Positions 1-10,650 of a stretch of 53,333 nt of DNA are shown one piece after another; the stretch's first letter is position 1, and each line of letters opens with the position of its first letter. A model generated the notes under the pieces. That model was not told the origin of the DNA and searched no databases. It was given only the letters and a program-made list of their open reading frames with translations. Location of the stretch: assembly GCA_023231475.1 (NCBI GenBank), contig JALJEE010001474.1, positions 1 to 53,333 of the forward strand. Reading direction: 5' to 3'. This DNA is from Seison nebaliae (lineage: Eukaryota). Both the position numbers and the translations under genes were made by a program.

Positions 1-500
1 CCTAATTCTTCAATAAACTTTAAAATATTATCAAAGGATATAATGAAAAGAATAATGAAAAAAACACAAAAAAAATTTAAAAAATTGTAAGAAATATAAC
101 CTGGAATCTATAATATCCTCTTTGTTACCTACCATTTTTGCTAAAATATTACGATTTTCAACAAGCAATTAATCATGTTATACTGAACCGATTTTAATAC
201 TTTTTTGTTTAAATCATATCTACTTACTCTAGAGAACCCAAAAATATCATCAAAATTCAAATTTATAACTGCTAACCATCAAGTGCAGTGGCTTAAAGTT
301 ATCAAAAAGAGAGAGAAAAATTTTCCAAAAATTAAGTTTACTTTTTTTGAAAATTCTATATCTAATACGAATCCATTTTGACTTATTTATAGCACATTCG
401 AAGGAGCATGAATTGCTCTTTCTTAAATTATTAAATTTTTTGAGGTTAAGAAAAAAATTCATTGAAAAAATGACAATAAAAATTTTTTTTAAATTTTTGT

Positions 501-536
501 GGGGAATTTTCCAATGGGGGAATCTTCCTAGAATCC
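501..536. repeat. Possible terminus of a non-autonomous DNA transposon/MITE
   Basis: GGGGAATTTTCCAATGGGGGAATCTTCCTAGAATCC contains two copies of a GGGGAAT-y-TTCC motif and resembles invertebrate MITE ends. No partner end found in the window. Confidence 0.3.
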
Positions 537-1059
537 TGTTATACCTGTTCTTCACGTAACCGCGACACTGATGAAAACGAAAGATGAAGTATTATTCGAT
601 TGTGTGTGAAAAAACCGAATATTTCGATGTCAATGATCGTTGAATGAGAGTGAGGATATGGGGGAAGAATCCCGATGACGAGAAGTTGTCAATGACGCGG
701 AAAATGCGTCGACAATATGTAATGGGAAATGGAAGAAATACGGTGACCGAGAAAGTCAGATTTCGATTGATTCTCCTGAAACACCCTATGAGGTGATGGA
801 TGATGTTGTTGTATGTTCGGTCCATTCTGAGGAATGAGTTGTTGGAGACGAAAAGTAGTGAGTCCAGTCCGTATAATGGAAGAACGAGTGAGGAGAAAAC
901 ATGCAAACGAATAGCCATTGGAAGATATTTCGATCGTGTTGAGAAGGAGGCTCGAACGAATTTGTTCCGAATATGATGCGAATTCCGAATTATTTATTTA
1001 GTTTATTAAGAGAGATGTTAGGAGTTTTCTCTCTCCTTCAAAATCAGAACAAGGTAACA
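537..1059. mobile_element. Possible solo LTR or short inverted-repeat element
   Basis: Begins TGTTATACCTGTTCT and ends AGAACAAGGTAACA (reverse complement TGTTACCTTGTTCT), giving TGTTA...TAACA termini. The interior is visibly more GC/CpG-rich than the flanks. No target-site duplication seen. Confidence 0.3.
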
Positions 1060-1243
1060 ATTTTATAGTTTTTCCCTCTCTAATAAGATTTCCCATTTGC
1101 ACCTTAGAGATCTGAGTTTATAATAGTACGGTAAATTAATTAATGTTACTAATATGGTTAATCATGTTATTAAATCAAGTAATTAAAAAATTTATTAATA
1201 AAAATAATGAATATTTCGATGAATAATTGAATAATTTGATAAA

Positions 1244-2342
1244 TTAATAATTTTTTCGGTGAAATCGAATACCTGCGAACTTTAACCAATTTCCTAAGTT
1301 TGAAATAATTTCGTCCATCGGTTCGATCTCAAATTCTGGAATACTTTTGATAGAATCTAAAAGAATTAAATAAAAGTTATTCCTTAAAAAAAAATTCTAA
1401 CCAATAAAATTAAGAAAAATTCTTGTTTTCGTAAAATCTATATTGCCATTCTTCCCCGATATATTCATTAGACGACCAAATTTATCGGTAAATAATTCTT
1501 TCATTATATTATTGATTGTAACTTTCAAACATCCTTTTTTTCGGAAAGATATCATATATTTTGTCTATAATAAGCAGGAGTTAATTAGAGAAATATTAAA
1601 AAAGAACTCTAACAATGTTGGCGGAAAAATCTGCATCGTCCTCCAATCGATAATTGATTTTTTCAAATTCTTCTATTTTATTTATTGGAAAGTTTTTTCG
1701 TGTTGATGAGAAAGAAGAGTTAATCCCTGTGGTCATCATAAGTAAGTTTTCAATCCGCTCCAATTTCTTAGACATATTATTGAATTGATTTCGGAATTGA
1801 TTGCGTAAAGTTATTAACGGTGCATCCATAGTGTCGTTGATACGTCGACGTTTTAGATTATAATTGAATCCTATTGACCTCGGTGTTTTCATAGGTTCTT
1901 CTAAATTCTCATTTTCTATCTCCGATGTTGCGATTTCGTAGTCCATGTTTTCAATTACAGAATTGGTAATTTCGATAGGCGACTTCCACGTTTCTGAGTC
2001 TGGTGGTTCAATTGCTCTTTCTGGGATAATTTGAATGGAATTAGTAATGGAATTGATTCGATACTTAAGAAATAATTTTTTCAATTTATATGATGGTTCT
2101 GTCAATTCTTCTGTGTTCAATTGATCATTTGTGAAATTCTCTTTTAATAAGCATCTTTTTTGATTACTTTGAATTTCATCGTCTGTAATTGAGTCATTAA
2201 AATTTTTATCAAAATCTTCTATAATTTCTTCATTCAGACTATCTTCGTTATATTGTTCATTATTATCTTTACCATATTTCCAAGCAAGGTATGATGCCTC
2301 ACTATCAATTATCAATTTACGATTAGATCTTTTCCGACTCAT
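1244..2342 (-). CDS. DUF4806-like protein, 334 aa, 3 exons (2342-1614, 1564-1402, 1356-1244)
   Basis: Two GTT..AG introns (1565-1613, 1357-1401) extend ORF 1596..2363 in frame to ...FPINKIEEFEKINYRL...IMKELFTDKFGRLMNISGKNGNIDFTKTRIF...LGNWLKFAGIR. This is the coiled-coil + FP(I/L) + W-L-x-x-A pattern I associate with DUF4806 proteins. An alternative in-frame GTT donor lies at 1607. Confidence 0.6.
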
Positions 2343-2797
2343 TATTTTAATAAGTTTTAACAATTCTATTAAGAAACAAAAAAATTTTAAATATTAATAA
2401 CTTTTGTCTTATACTATTATATATTGTATCTATTAAAAAATAATAATTAATATAAAAAAGAGGTTTTTACATTTCGTTAACCAACTTCTCATATTTAGAT
2501 TTCTGGAAAATTTGCTCCACAAAAATATCTTGTATATATCATTTATTTGTTTTCTCTTTATGTAACGACAAATCAATTTTTTTGAGAAAAGAGCTAAAAT
2601 ATTACTTCTATGTATAATTTTGCGTTGTCATTATGGTTACTTTTCCAAAAAATAAACGTTACTGTAACTTCTTGTTTTTAAAGTACTATAACGTTACAAT
2701 CAGAATTTTTGTATGTTAGGGGAGGAACGACAAAAAAACTTAAATTATTTCCAGATATGTAATATCGATAAATATCGATATCTTTTATATCATATAA

Positions 2798-4052
2798 CAC
2801 TGTACCACAAAGAAAAAGTAATGCAAAAATGAAATCTGTTTCTAGATCGGAATTTTCCGTAGATTACAAATATACTAACCAATTTTCTTGGGAGGTCGCA
2901 GTTTTTTCAGAAAAACCAATTTTCTAATTTTTTTTTATATTAGGTTCAACCACTAATATTCAACCTATTTCATTTATTTTTTATGGAGATTATAGGAAAT
3001 TAAAAGTAGTTTAGGTAGTCGTAAATGAAAGATCATCTGAGTTTATAATAATGCTCCATATTTTCAATTGGAAGTGAAGAAAGTCAAAAAATTGGAAAAT
3101 TGGGATTGTTTTAAAGTTTAAACAGTTAAAATAAAATTTTTTAAAGACTGATTCATGATTTGGAAGGCACTGTTTGAAAGGCTGTAAAATTCTCTTCAAG
3201 ATGGCTTATAACTTTGATATATAAAAGTGCAAAATATTCCTTTTCTGCATGAAAATAAGAAATATATCTAATTTAATTTTTTCCAATTTTTTAAATTATT
3301 TTTTAAAGATGGAAAAATTTACGTAAAATAGCTAGAAGGAAAAAAATAGTGCAAAAAATAAAACTGTTCAGTGAAAATATTATAAGTATAAAAATGTTCT
3401 AGTAGTGCTGCTGCTTCTTCTATGTTTTTGGGTGCTTTCCCTTACAATAGACCATATATAGTCACTCAACATATTCTGATAATCTTTCTGAAAATATCTT
3501 GTTTCCATTATTTTGATGTCTTGGTGAAAACTTTCTCCATGTTCTTCGGAAACACTACACAAATTATTTGTAAAGAAATCTTTATGGTTGTACAAATAGT
3601 GCATTTTGATGGACTACCCTTTGATTTTACAACCAATTTTATGGAATTCTTCAATCATATCTTTGCATTCATTTCCACCCATATCTGTTCTTCTACTGAG
3701 GAACTTACATATTTAGTTTTATTATTTGTTAGTTAATACAGCTGTTAACTTATCCCATACATCTCTTTCCGGTAATGTCATTGTTTCCAAAAATTTTTTA
3801 TTGTCTCTCAGTTTATTAATTAGGGGACCTGTCAGAATATCATTTCTTACTTTTTGGTAAGATAATTTCGGAAAAAAAATTTTCAAAACGGTAAAACATT
3901 TACTTTTCTCCTAATGTTTTGATGAATTGTTTGGCTAATCCCAATTCGATGTGTAGCGTCGGAAGAATTATATCGGTAATATCAATGAGGGGTTCATTTT
4001 GAAAATTGAATTTTCCAATTTCAAAAGTTGTTCTTGTTTCCCAGATTACGTT
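2798..4052 (-). mobile_element. Decayed Chapaev3-like (CMC) DNA transposon, 3' part
   Basis: CACTG terminus at 2798 preceded by TAA (TWA-type target site), with the transposase remnant at 3380-4052. The other end was not found. Confidence 0.55.
3380..4052 (-). pseudogene. Transposase pseudogene, Chapaev3-like
   Basis: Minus-strand fragments in different frames: EPLIDITDIILPTLHIELGLAKQFIKTL*, CFTVLKIFFPKLSYQKVRNDILTGPLINKL..., and KMHYLYNHKDFFTNNLCSVSEEHGESFHQDIKIMETRY...MLSDYIWSI. They match the remembered family motifs LPPLHIKLGLMKQFVKAL, GPQIR and EHGERFHQDI, and carry frameshifts and stops. Confidence 0.8.
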
Positions 4053-4330
4053 GTACTGTGTCGTCTATCCCCTTGTATTATATCGTTTCGATGGTGGCTA
4101 ATGATTTCTTTTGTCGTCATATTGGATTCTTCCGAGGTTTTTCAATCTAAATATAACTGGATCCCATCTTAAAGTAGAAAATTAGCTATAGTTCCATAAT
4201 AATATGCATAATCAATAAATATAACGCCCATATGAAAATATAATGGTCGTATTTAAGAAATGGTAGTGATAATTTTAACATTTTTAATCCACAATTTTGG
4301 ATAAATTAACATACTTGGTAAAAAAATCTG

Positions 4331-4486
4331 GGTGACGTAATCACCGTTTTTAAGAACAAATGGTGACGAAATCACCGTTTTTAAGAACAAAAGGTGACGA
4401 AATCACCGTTAGAAAAGTCGACGAAATGTCCGAATTTGGAAAAACAAGGCAAGCAAATCGAAGGGTGACGAAATCACCGCGTACCC
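4331..4486. repeat. 31-bp tandem repeat with palindromic core, probably a transposon subterminal array
   Basis: GGTGACGWAATCACC at 4331, 4362 and 4393 (period 31, spacer GTTTTTAAGAACAAA), a fourth copy at 4464, a variant GACGAAATGTCC at 4420, and a CGTACCC end. Confidence 0.8.
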
Positions 4487-4698
4487 TACTAATGAAGGGG
4501 AAGAATGTATAAAGAAGAACAACAAAGCGTATGTAAAAGAACGGGATTTCCTATACATACATGTCATTAGAATTTGTTTTTCTTTTCTTTTGTCTCTACC
4601 GAACACTTCCTAATACATTAGAGAGAGCCAGAGGACAACCAGAATGCCCAGGTCGATTATCGGGTACAATTATCGATAGATTATCAGGAGAGTAATTA

Positions 4699-4982
4699 TC
4701 TCCTTGATAATCCGGGATATCGACGATATTGATATGTCTGTAATATGCATTATTTGACGATAGTCTTTACCGTTAGCATGAAGATTCTTCACAGTTCGAT
4801 GCATTTCATAGCTAATTTTCTTACCCTTCATTCTTGATAACATTCTGTGTTAAATTTAAAATGCTGCTAACTAGCAGATTGTCTTCAAATTGTTAAATGT
4901 TTCATCTTTTTTGTCCAATAAAACTATAAATTTTGGCTTTTTACATTGAAAATGATAGTTTCAACTTTTTTGTCCAGTAGTG
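4699..4982 (-). mobile_element. 5' fragment of a Tc1-like transposon (left end plus transposase HTH)
   Basis: The minus strand starts TA|CACTACTGGACAAAAAAGTTGAAAC at 4982 and carries an inner direct repeat TGGACAAAAAAGATGAAAC (4899-4917). ATG 4831 gives MKGKKISYEMHRTVKNLHANGKDYRQIMHITDISISSISRIIKE, a Tc1-type N-terminal helix-turn-helix. No DDE domain or right TIR. Confidence 0.7.
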
Positions 4983-5457
4983 TATGTATGTATTTCAAAA
5001 TCGAACATATTTCATGACATGTTGATAATTTATGTGGCATTTACTTTAGGATTTCGATTATAGATTAATATAAAGCGCTTTTAACTACTCTTATCCAGTC
5101 ATTCAATTGTTGAAAGATTGAAAATCTTCTTTTATTCTCGTATCTCCGACTCGATTCTCTACCATCTCCATAGAAACAATCTCAATAAAAACATCGATCC
5201 ACAACAATAGCTAAACATAACTAAATGACTAAATGCTACATTAAATCTTGGTGAAAAAGAGAAATTGGAAGTTTGAAAAATTTTGAACAATAAGCACCAT
5301 TGTCCATTTGCCATATTTAACTTGTATTATATGATGTTAAGTATATGGTGGTAATATCTCGGGCAAAATTAATAAATCTGTTAAATCTATAAATTTCAAA
5401 AATATTTTTGTAGCACTGTCAGAGTTTTTACCATATCAAAATTTTGGGTGAATTGAG

Positions 5458-6317
5458 ATGTATTATTTGGATAAGAATAAATTGAGCAAAGTTGTTGATA
5501 AAAGATTAAAAGGAAAAAGGTTAAGAGAAGCAGATGATAAGGTTTGTCCTACTGAATCTTCTGTGTCTTTTGTTCAATTTCATTTCAGAGAAACTTATTT
5601 TTTTATCGATATGGTTCATACGTGATTGGTGGAACGACACTTCTCACTTCTCTTGTCATCAGACATGTTCATGCGAGATTGTTCATGGGAAAAGATTCAT
5701 TGATTCGGATAGCTCACTTTGGTTCAGTTGTCTTACTTCCCTCACTGGTCTCATATGAACTACATGAAAAATTAGTGAAGAAGAAATTATTGGAAGAATC
5801 ATTATTTTTGGTATCAGTCGATAAGTGGAAGATCGATAAATCGTTGATTCCCAATCTCTGTTCGACGTGTTATTCAATCAGATCGAATGTTTGTCAATTA
5901 ATGTCTTCAATTCTCCAACCATACATAATTTCAACTTTTCTGGTTATTTCATTTCCTCTCAACAATGAAATGAGATTAGATAATCAATCGCTCATTCAAA
6001 TCGTACGACAACGTTTGGGAATGGCATTTCTTCTCAATTCACAGAATTGTCGAGAATATTTATTCCGCAAATTGAGATTGAAAGATTATGATAATATGTG
6101 GAGTGTTCGTAAAATGAAGAGTTTATTAACAAAGAATGAATTAGATTTGTTGAAAATGTTAATGAAAGGAAGAAATAATAAATTGACGAGTGTTTCCACC
6201 ATCGTTTATTGTGGAATAATCATCTCTCTTCTAGTGAGTTCGATTGTGGTGAATGAAGAATTCAATTCGATTTTATCTCTTCTTCCCAAACAACAAATAA
6301 AAGAAAACGAAATATAA
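5458..6317 (+). CDS. TMEM126: TMEM126-family mitochondrial membrane protein, 270 aa, 2 exons (5458-5541, 5589-6317)
   Basis: Intron 5542-5588 (GTTTGT..CAG) joins an ATG exon in frame. RNLFFYRYGSYVIGG, several hydrophobic helices and CSTCYSIRS resemble TMEM126 RNLLENGSVYVG and CETCTITRS. Confidence 0.7.
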
Positions 6318-6363
6318 AATAAAAATTACTTTCATTATATCAATTGTCGATAGAGATTTATAA

Positions 6364-7455
6364 TTACAAATTTATTTTCCACTTTTCTACATAAGCCTCT
6401 CGAATTCTCGTCCTTTCTTCTTGTTCCTGAACTGATAACGATGAAAATGATGATGATGATAAAAAAGGAAAAATAAAACTTTTGTTATGATGGAAAGCAC
6501 ATTGTTGTCCACGGGGACAGAAGTTGTTCTCATGATCATGACACAATGTCGATTTGTAGACATCGGGATGAAATTGTTGTTCATGTCGAGTGTGTGCATA
6601 TTTACAATTGTCTTCTTTCGGACAAATCGTCGGATTCGACCAAACGTTATTCACTCGAACTTTACTACACGGTGTAGAAGAGTAGAAGAATTCGAACGGA
6701 TTCCTTCGACGATCATTCCGTTGATGATAATCGGAACAAGCAAATCCTTGTCGACATAAATGTGCAGATTTTGTGCAATCTTTCGTCTTGTAGAAACAAA
6801 CGATATGCATGGCATCATTCCATAAATTATTTTCATTCTGATATTTCTCATTGAGATATTGATAAATTATATATTGATCAAATTCCGCCATTTGCATTAA
6901 CATATCGATATGACGATAATTAACATCAGATGTTTTCAAATCTTTTATAAGTTCGAGAAGACGTTGAGAGACATTGAATGGAGCATGACATCGTCGACTG
7001 ATATCCAACTCATTTCCTGTCAACGTATCACAAGATGACGTGCTCTTCTCCATCTGAGACGATGAACAACGGAGAGATGAAAGAGAATGAGCATAAGAAC
7101 AATATTCTCCATAATTCGAACATGTTCCATCACTCAACGTTTCATAAGGACAAATAATAGTCTTGTAATTGAATGGATGAAATAAACGTTCACTGTCACC
7201 GAAATTCCGATGTAAATGATTACATTTATCTCCATTGAAACATTTGCCACTCTGCTCGTCATAATTCTCACAATAATATTTCGACGAATATAACAATTTT
7301 CCAACAACGCAAGGACGACGTCGGTGATTATCAAAATGATAATCAAAACATTTGTATGGTCGATGATTCATACAACGATGTTCGGAGAACTTCGAACATT
7401 GTTGAGTTCGGAATTGTTCAATTATCTTTTGAGAATCGTCAATCCTTTCATTCAT
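6364..7455 (-). CDS. UNK: Unkempt-family CCCH zinc-finger protein, zinc fingers only (363 aa, or 347 aa if 6432-6479 is spliced)
   Basis: FRTQQCSKFSEHRCMNHRPYKCFDYHFDNHRRRP, YKTKDC...LCRQGFACSDYHQRNDRRRNP and CKYAHTRHEQQFHPDVYKSTLC..CPRGQQCAFHH form the six-CCCH Unkempt array. Confidence 0.9.
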   Translation of the reverse strand: MNERIDDSQKIIEQFRTQQCSKFSEHRCMNHRPYKCFDYHFDNHRRRPCVVGKLLYSSKYYCENYDEQSGKCFNGDKCNHLHRNFGDSERLFHPFNYKTIICPYETLSDGTCSNYGEYCSYAHSLSSLRCSSSQMEKSTSSCDTLTGNELDISRRCHAPFNVSQRLLELIKDLKTSDVNYRHIDMLMQMAEFDQYIIYQYLNEKYQNENNLWNDAMHIVCFYKTKDCTKSAHLCRQGFACSDYHQRNDRRRNPFEFFYSSTPCSKVRVNNVWSNPTICPKEDNCKYAHTRHEQQFHPDVYKSTLCHDHENNFCPRGQQCAFHHNKSFIFPFLSSSSFSSLSVQEQEERTRIREAYVEKWKINL

Positions 7456-7618
7456 TCTCTTCCGATTGTTGTTTTCTTTTTTGAAACTTTATTTTGTTTA
7501 GCTTCCTTTTTAATTTGTGGTATCATTTAAAATATTAATTCATTTGACTAATTTCTTTTATAATGATAAGCTAAAATAGGAGGAAAAGGTTTTGTCGTTA
7601 AATCTTTTTGGGAAGAAA
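7456..7618. promoter_or_regulatory. Probable bidirectional promoter (UNK / ionotropic receptor)
   Basis: Only 163 nt separate the two divergent start codons. Inferred from geometry. Confidence 0.4.
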
Positions 7619-10473
7619 ATGAATATTATCATTTTCTGGATGATTATTCTTATTCAACAATTCTTGTATCCATGTTCTGGTGAGAGTAATAACGTAACAG
7701 AAATAAATTATGAATCATTAGAAATTCGAATTGAAAGTTCTCAAGTAATTCTCAGTTTTAATCAATATCAATTAATTAAAGATATTCATTGGAAGGCGTT
7801 CAAACTGATCAGTAAAGAACATACATCAAATATTTATGGGAAACAATTCAGTTAAATTAATTAATATTAGTCTGTTAGTTACTTTTTGAGGAATGTAGGT
7901 AAAGTAGTGAGAGAACTAAATAAATTCGAGTGGACGAATAAAGGAATCAGTATTCCATATGAAAGTAGTAATAAGAAGCATGCGACTATTTATCCAGTTC
8001 ACATTTGTTGTTTTGGATATAATGAAGATAAATTGAGAAAGTTATATAAAAATTTATTCAGTTTCCAAAGAAGAGAAACACTTCATCATATATTCGACGA
8101 GATCCATCAAATATCGAAGGGAACTGGTACACTTTCATATCAATTGGAATTGTGCCAATATACTGAACATGAAGTAGTGCAACATATTGAAGAGGAAGTG
8201 AAATATCGATTAAATCCCAGTTATCATAATCTCATTATTCGGATGGAAGTTTTTACAAAATATGAAGATGATCATTTCTCCTTATTAGCCATACGAGGTT
8301 CATATATAATATATATGAACTGAAATTGAAAAAATTAATTTCGTGAATTTTCCAGATTTTATCGATATGAGTTGGAGATTGACAGCCGGATACGGTTCGA
8401 TTCAATGGTCGATATTCGTTCTTTATAAACAATCAATTCTTCGAATTAAACAAGAAGTGAATCATCATTTCCAATATGATATCCAATGGTTGGGTAGTAG
8501 ACGGACCTTTTGTCATACCTTCTCAACAGAGAAACCATTCTTTATCGATGTCAATGGAATGGACAGATCCTTCTGCAACTATAATATGAGTTTTGTAACA
8601 GAAAAACAGATAGTCGATCCTGATATTCAACCATTAACCGTATTGACGTTTCTCGATATGGTTATGACGGAAAGTGGCGAATCGAAACTCAGTTCACATC
8701 ATCAAGCAGATTTTTTGGAAGACATTTATAGAAAAGTTACGTTTCTAATGGAGATTCCATAAGAAATACTTTATTTCGTTTTTAGTATCTTAGGAGAATG
8801 TTCTCAAAATCCAAACGAGATAATTCTCATAGTGAGAATTCAATGATTATGTCTTGGCATAAAGCCACCATACGTGTCTTGACACATGAAGTTTTCATCT
8901 AAATTTTTTTCTTTCTCTTTTCAGTTCGTTAGATACCTCCATTTAGCATCGAACAAAATTTAGGGAATGATATGTCAGCTTATTATGGGTATTATTTCGA
9001 AGCACTTGATATGGTCATGGCACAAATGGATTTATCGTATGAAGTAAGAAAAATCGTCGCAATTGGTGACGATATCGAACAATCATTACAAAATCAAATT
9101 AATATCGACGTTCTACATTTAATAAATTATGTTTTAATTCGAATAATTATTATATTTCATTAGGCGACCGATATCGTTGCTGCACCATTTCATCGACCGT
9201 CATATGCTGAGAAAGATATTAATTATAGTGTTCCCATCTTCTCTTATGGGAGTATTAGATATCTTTCCAAAAGCATCCAATACTTGCCACTCTGGCAAAA
9301 TATCATAGAAAGTTTCTTCCATTTTCTCTATATGAATTCTTCTAAATATTCTCATAAAAGTAATTGACATTCCTCTATTTTTAACGATATTTGTCGTTCT
9401 AATTCTATTGGTATGCCTTTACATCTTCCTCGAATATCAATCACCTTTCGGATTATTGAATCAAACAACGAAATTCTCTCAGAACCGTCTAAACTTTTCC
9501 ATTCTCCGTCGTGTTTTTAGTGATGTCTTCTTCCGATTTACAACGTTTATTGTTGGAGGAAGTAATACATTGCGACATACGATCGGCTACTCCTCCTTAG
9601 TACTTATGACAACTGTTTGGATATTCTTTTATATACTCATCATTTTAGCGATTGCCAAAATCATTGTGAATACGGTGAAACAACATTTACAAACATATTT
9701 GTTTGTACAATGGTCTGGATCGACTACAGGACGTCAGAATGATATTGTCATAATAAGTTTCTATTAATAACATATCAAATAATTTATATTTATATTGTAT
9801 AGATGGGAGTTATGCAGATAGGAACAAACGATCTGTAAGACTTATGAATGAAGCATTAATTAGTAGATGGAAGTCTTTACTTTTACAACCAGAATATTTA
9901 AGGCAAAAATTCACAGCCTATAATTATCCATTCTTTAATGATCTAAATGAAGGATTACGTCATGCTAGTTCATTAGAAGATGGAATACAAAAGGTTTTAG
10001 AGGAGGACGCAATATTGAAACATGAGGAGTATATTATGAGATATCATATCTTTAAACATGGCCTTCAGTGTAAGACAAAGATATACGGTCAACCGACAGG
10101 TAATCCATATTATGTCTTCATTATTAACCCGAAAACGCCATTTATTACAAAAATTTTAAGAGTGTTAAAATTCTCCTTTAAATTCTTCTTTGAATCAATT
10201 TCTAATAAATTTTTAAGTATCGAAGTAATGTATCATAATCAGGAATTCGAACGGTTAACCATGAAATGGTTTCCACCGTATGTTCGTGATAATAAATGTG
10301 AGTGGATGAACGAGTTGTATTCTCGCACGAAAATCCGTTTAGTATCCATTCAAATTATCTTTATCTCACTCGTCGTCGTGGTCGTTTTCATGATCATTAT
10401 CTGGCTAATTCAAATTTTACTGTATCGAGTGACATATCGAAATCGAATACAAAGTATCTCGTTAGTACATTAA
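7619..10473 (+). CDS. Divergent ionotropic (iGluR/IR-family) receptor, 817 aa, 9 exons (7619-7850, 7899-8297, 8356-8735, 8786-8890, 8933-9109, 9164-9311, 9361-9756, 9803-10163, 10218-10473)
   Basis: Signal-peptide-like N-terminus; S1-like IRVLTHE|IPPF...GYYFEALDMV and DIVAAPF...INYSVPIF; M1, re-entrant and M3 hydrophobic segments; S2-like YVFIINPKTPF...FERLTMKWF; then M4. Exons sum to 2454 nt in frame. The first acceptor is the least certain junction. Confidence 0.75.
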
Positions 10474-10650
10474 TTTAATTGGGAAGTAAATAAGAAATGT
10501 TGGAAATTTTTCAAAAAAAAAAAAGATCCAGATATAAAACTGCCATGGAACAAGCTGATCGAATGTTTGAAGTTCTCAGACCCACTAAATTGACTTATAT
10601 CCCTTGAATAACTAAATTTCATTTGTCAATAAATTTTCATTTCATTTAAT

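Noticed and set aside
592..918. 108-aa minus-strand ORF as a gene
   Set aside because: No recognisable motif, and it lies inside the putative LTR-like segment.
4331..4411. CRISPR-like array of palindromic repeats
   Set aside because: Spacers are identical, the context is eukaryotic and there are no cas genes; it is a tandem repeat.
5159..5314. Possible 37-aa micro-gene divergent from TMEM126 (ATG 5314, GTT..AAG intron 5247-5288)
   Set aside because: It fits the intron rule and promoter spacing, but there is no homology and several alternative readings. Not counted among the 38 introns.
7592..10473. Fragmented ORFs here and in CD36, SRP68 and SLC5A7 as pseudogenes, frameshifts or an alternative genetic code
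   Set aside because: Every break is resolved by a short GT..AG intron with exon sums divisible by three, and the standard code gives conserved motifs.
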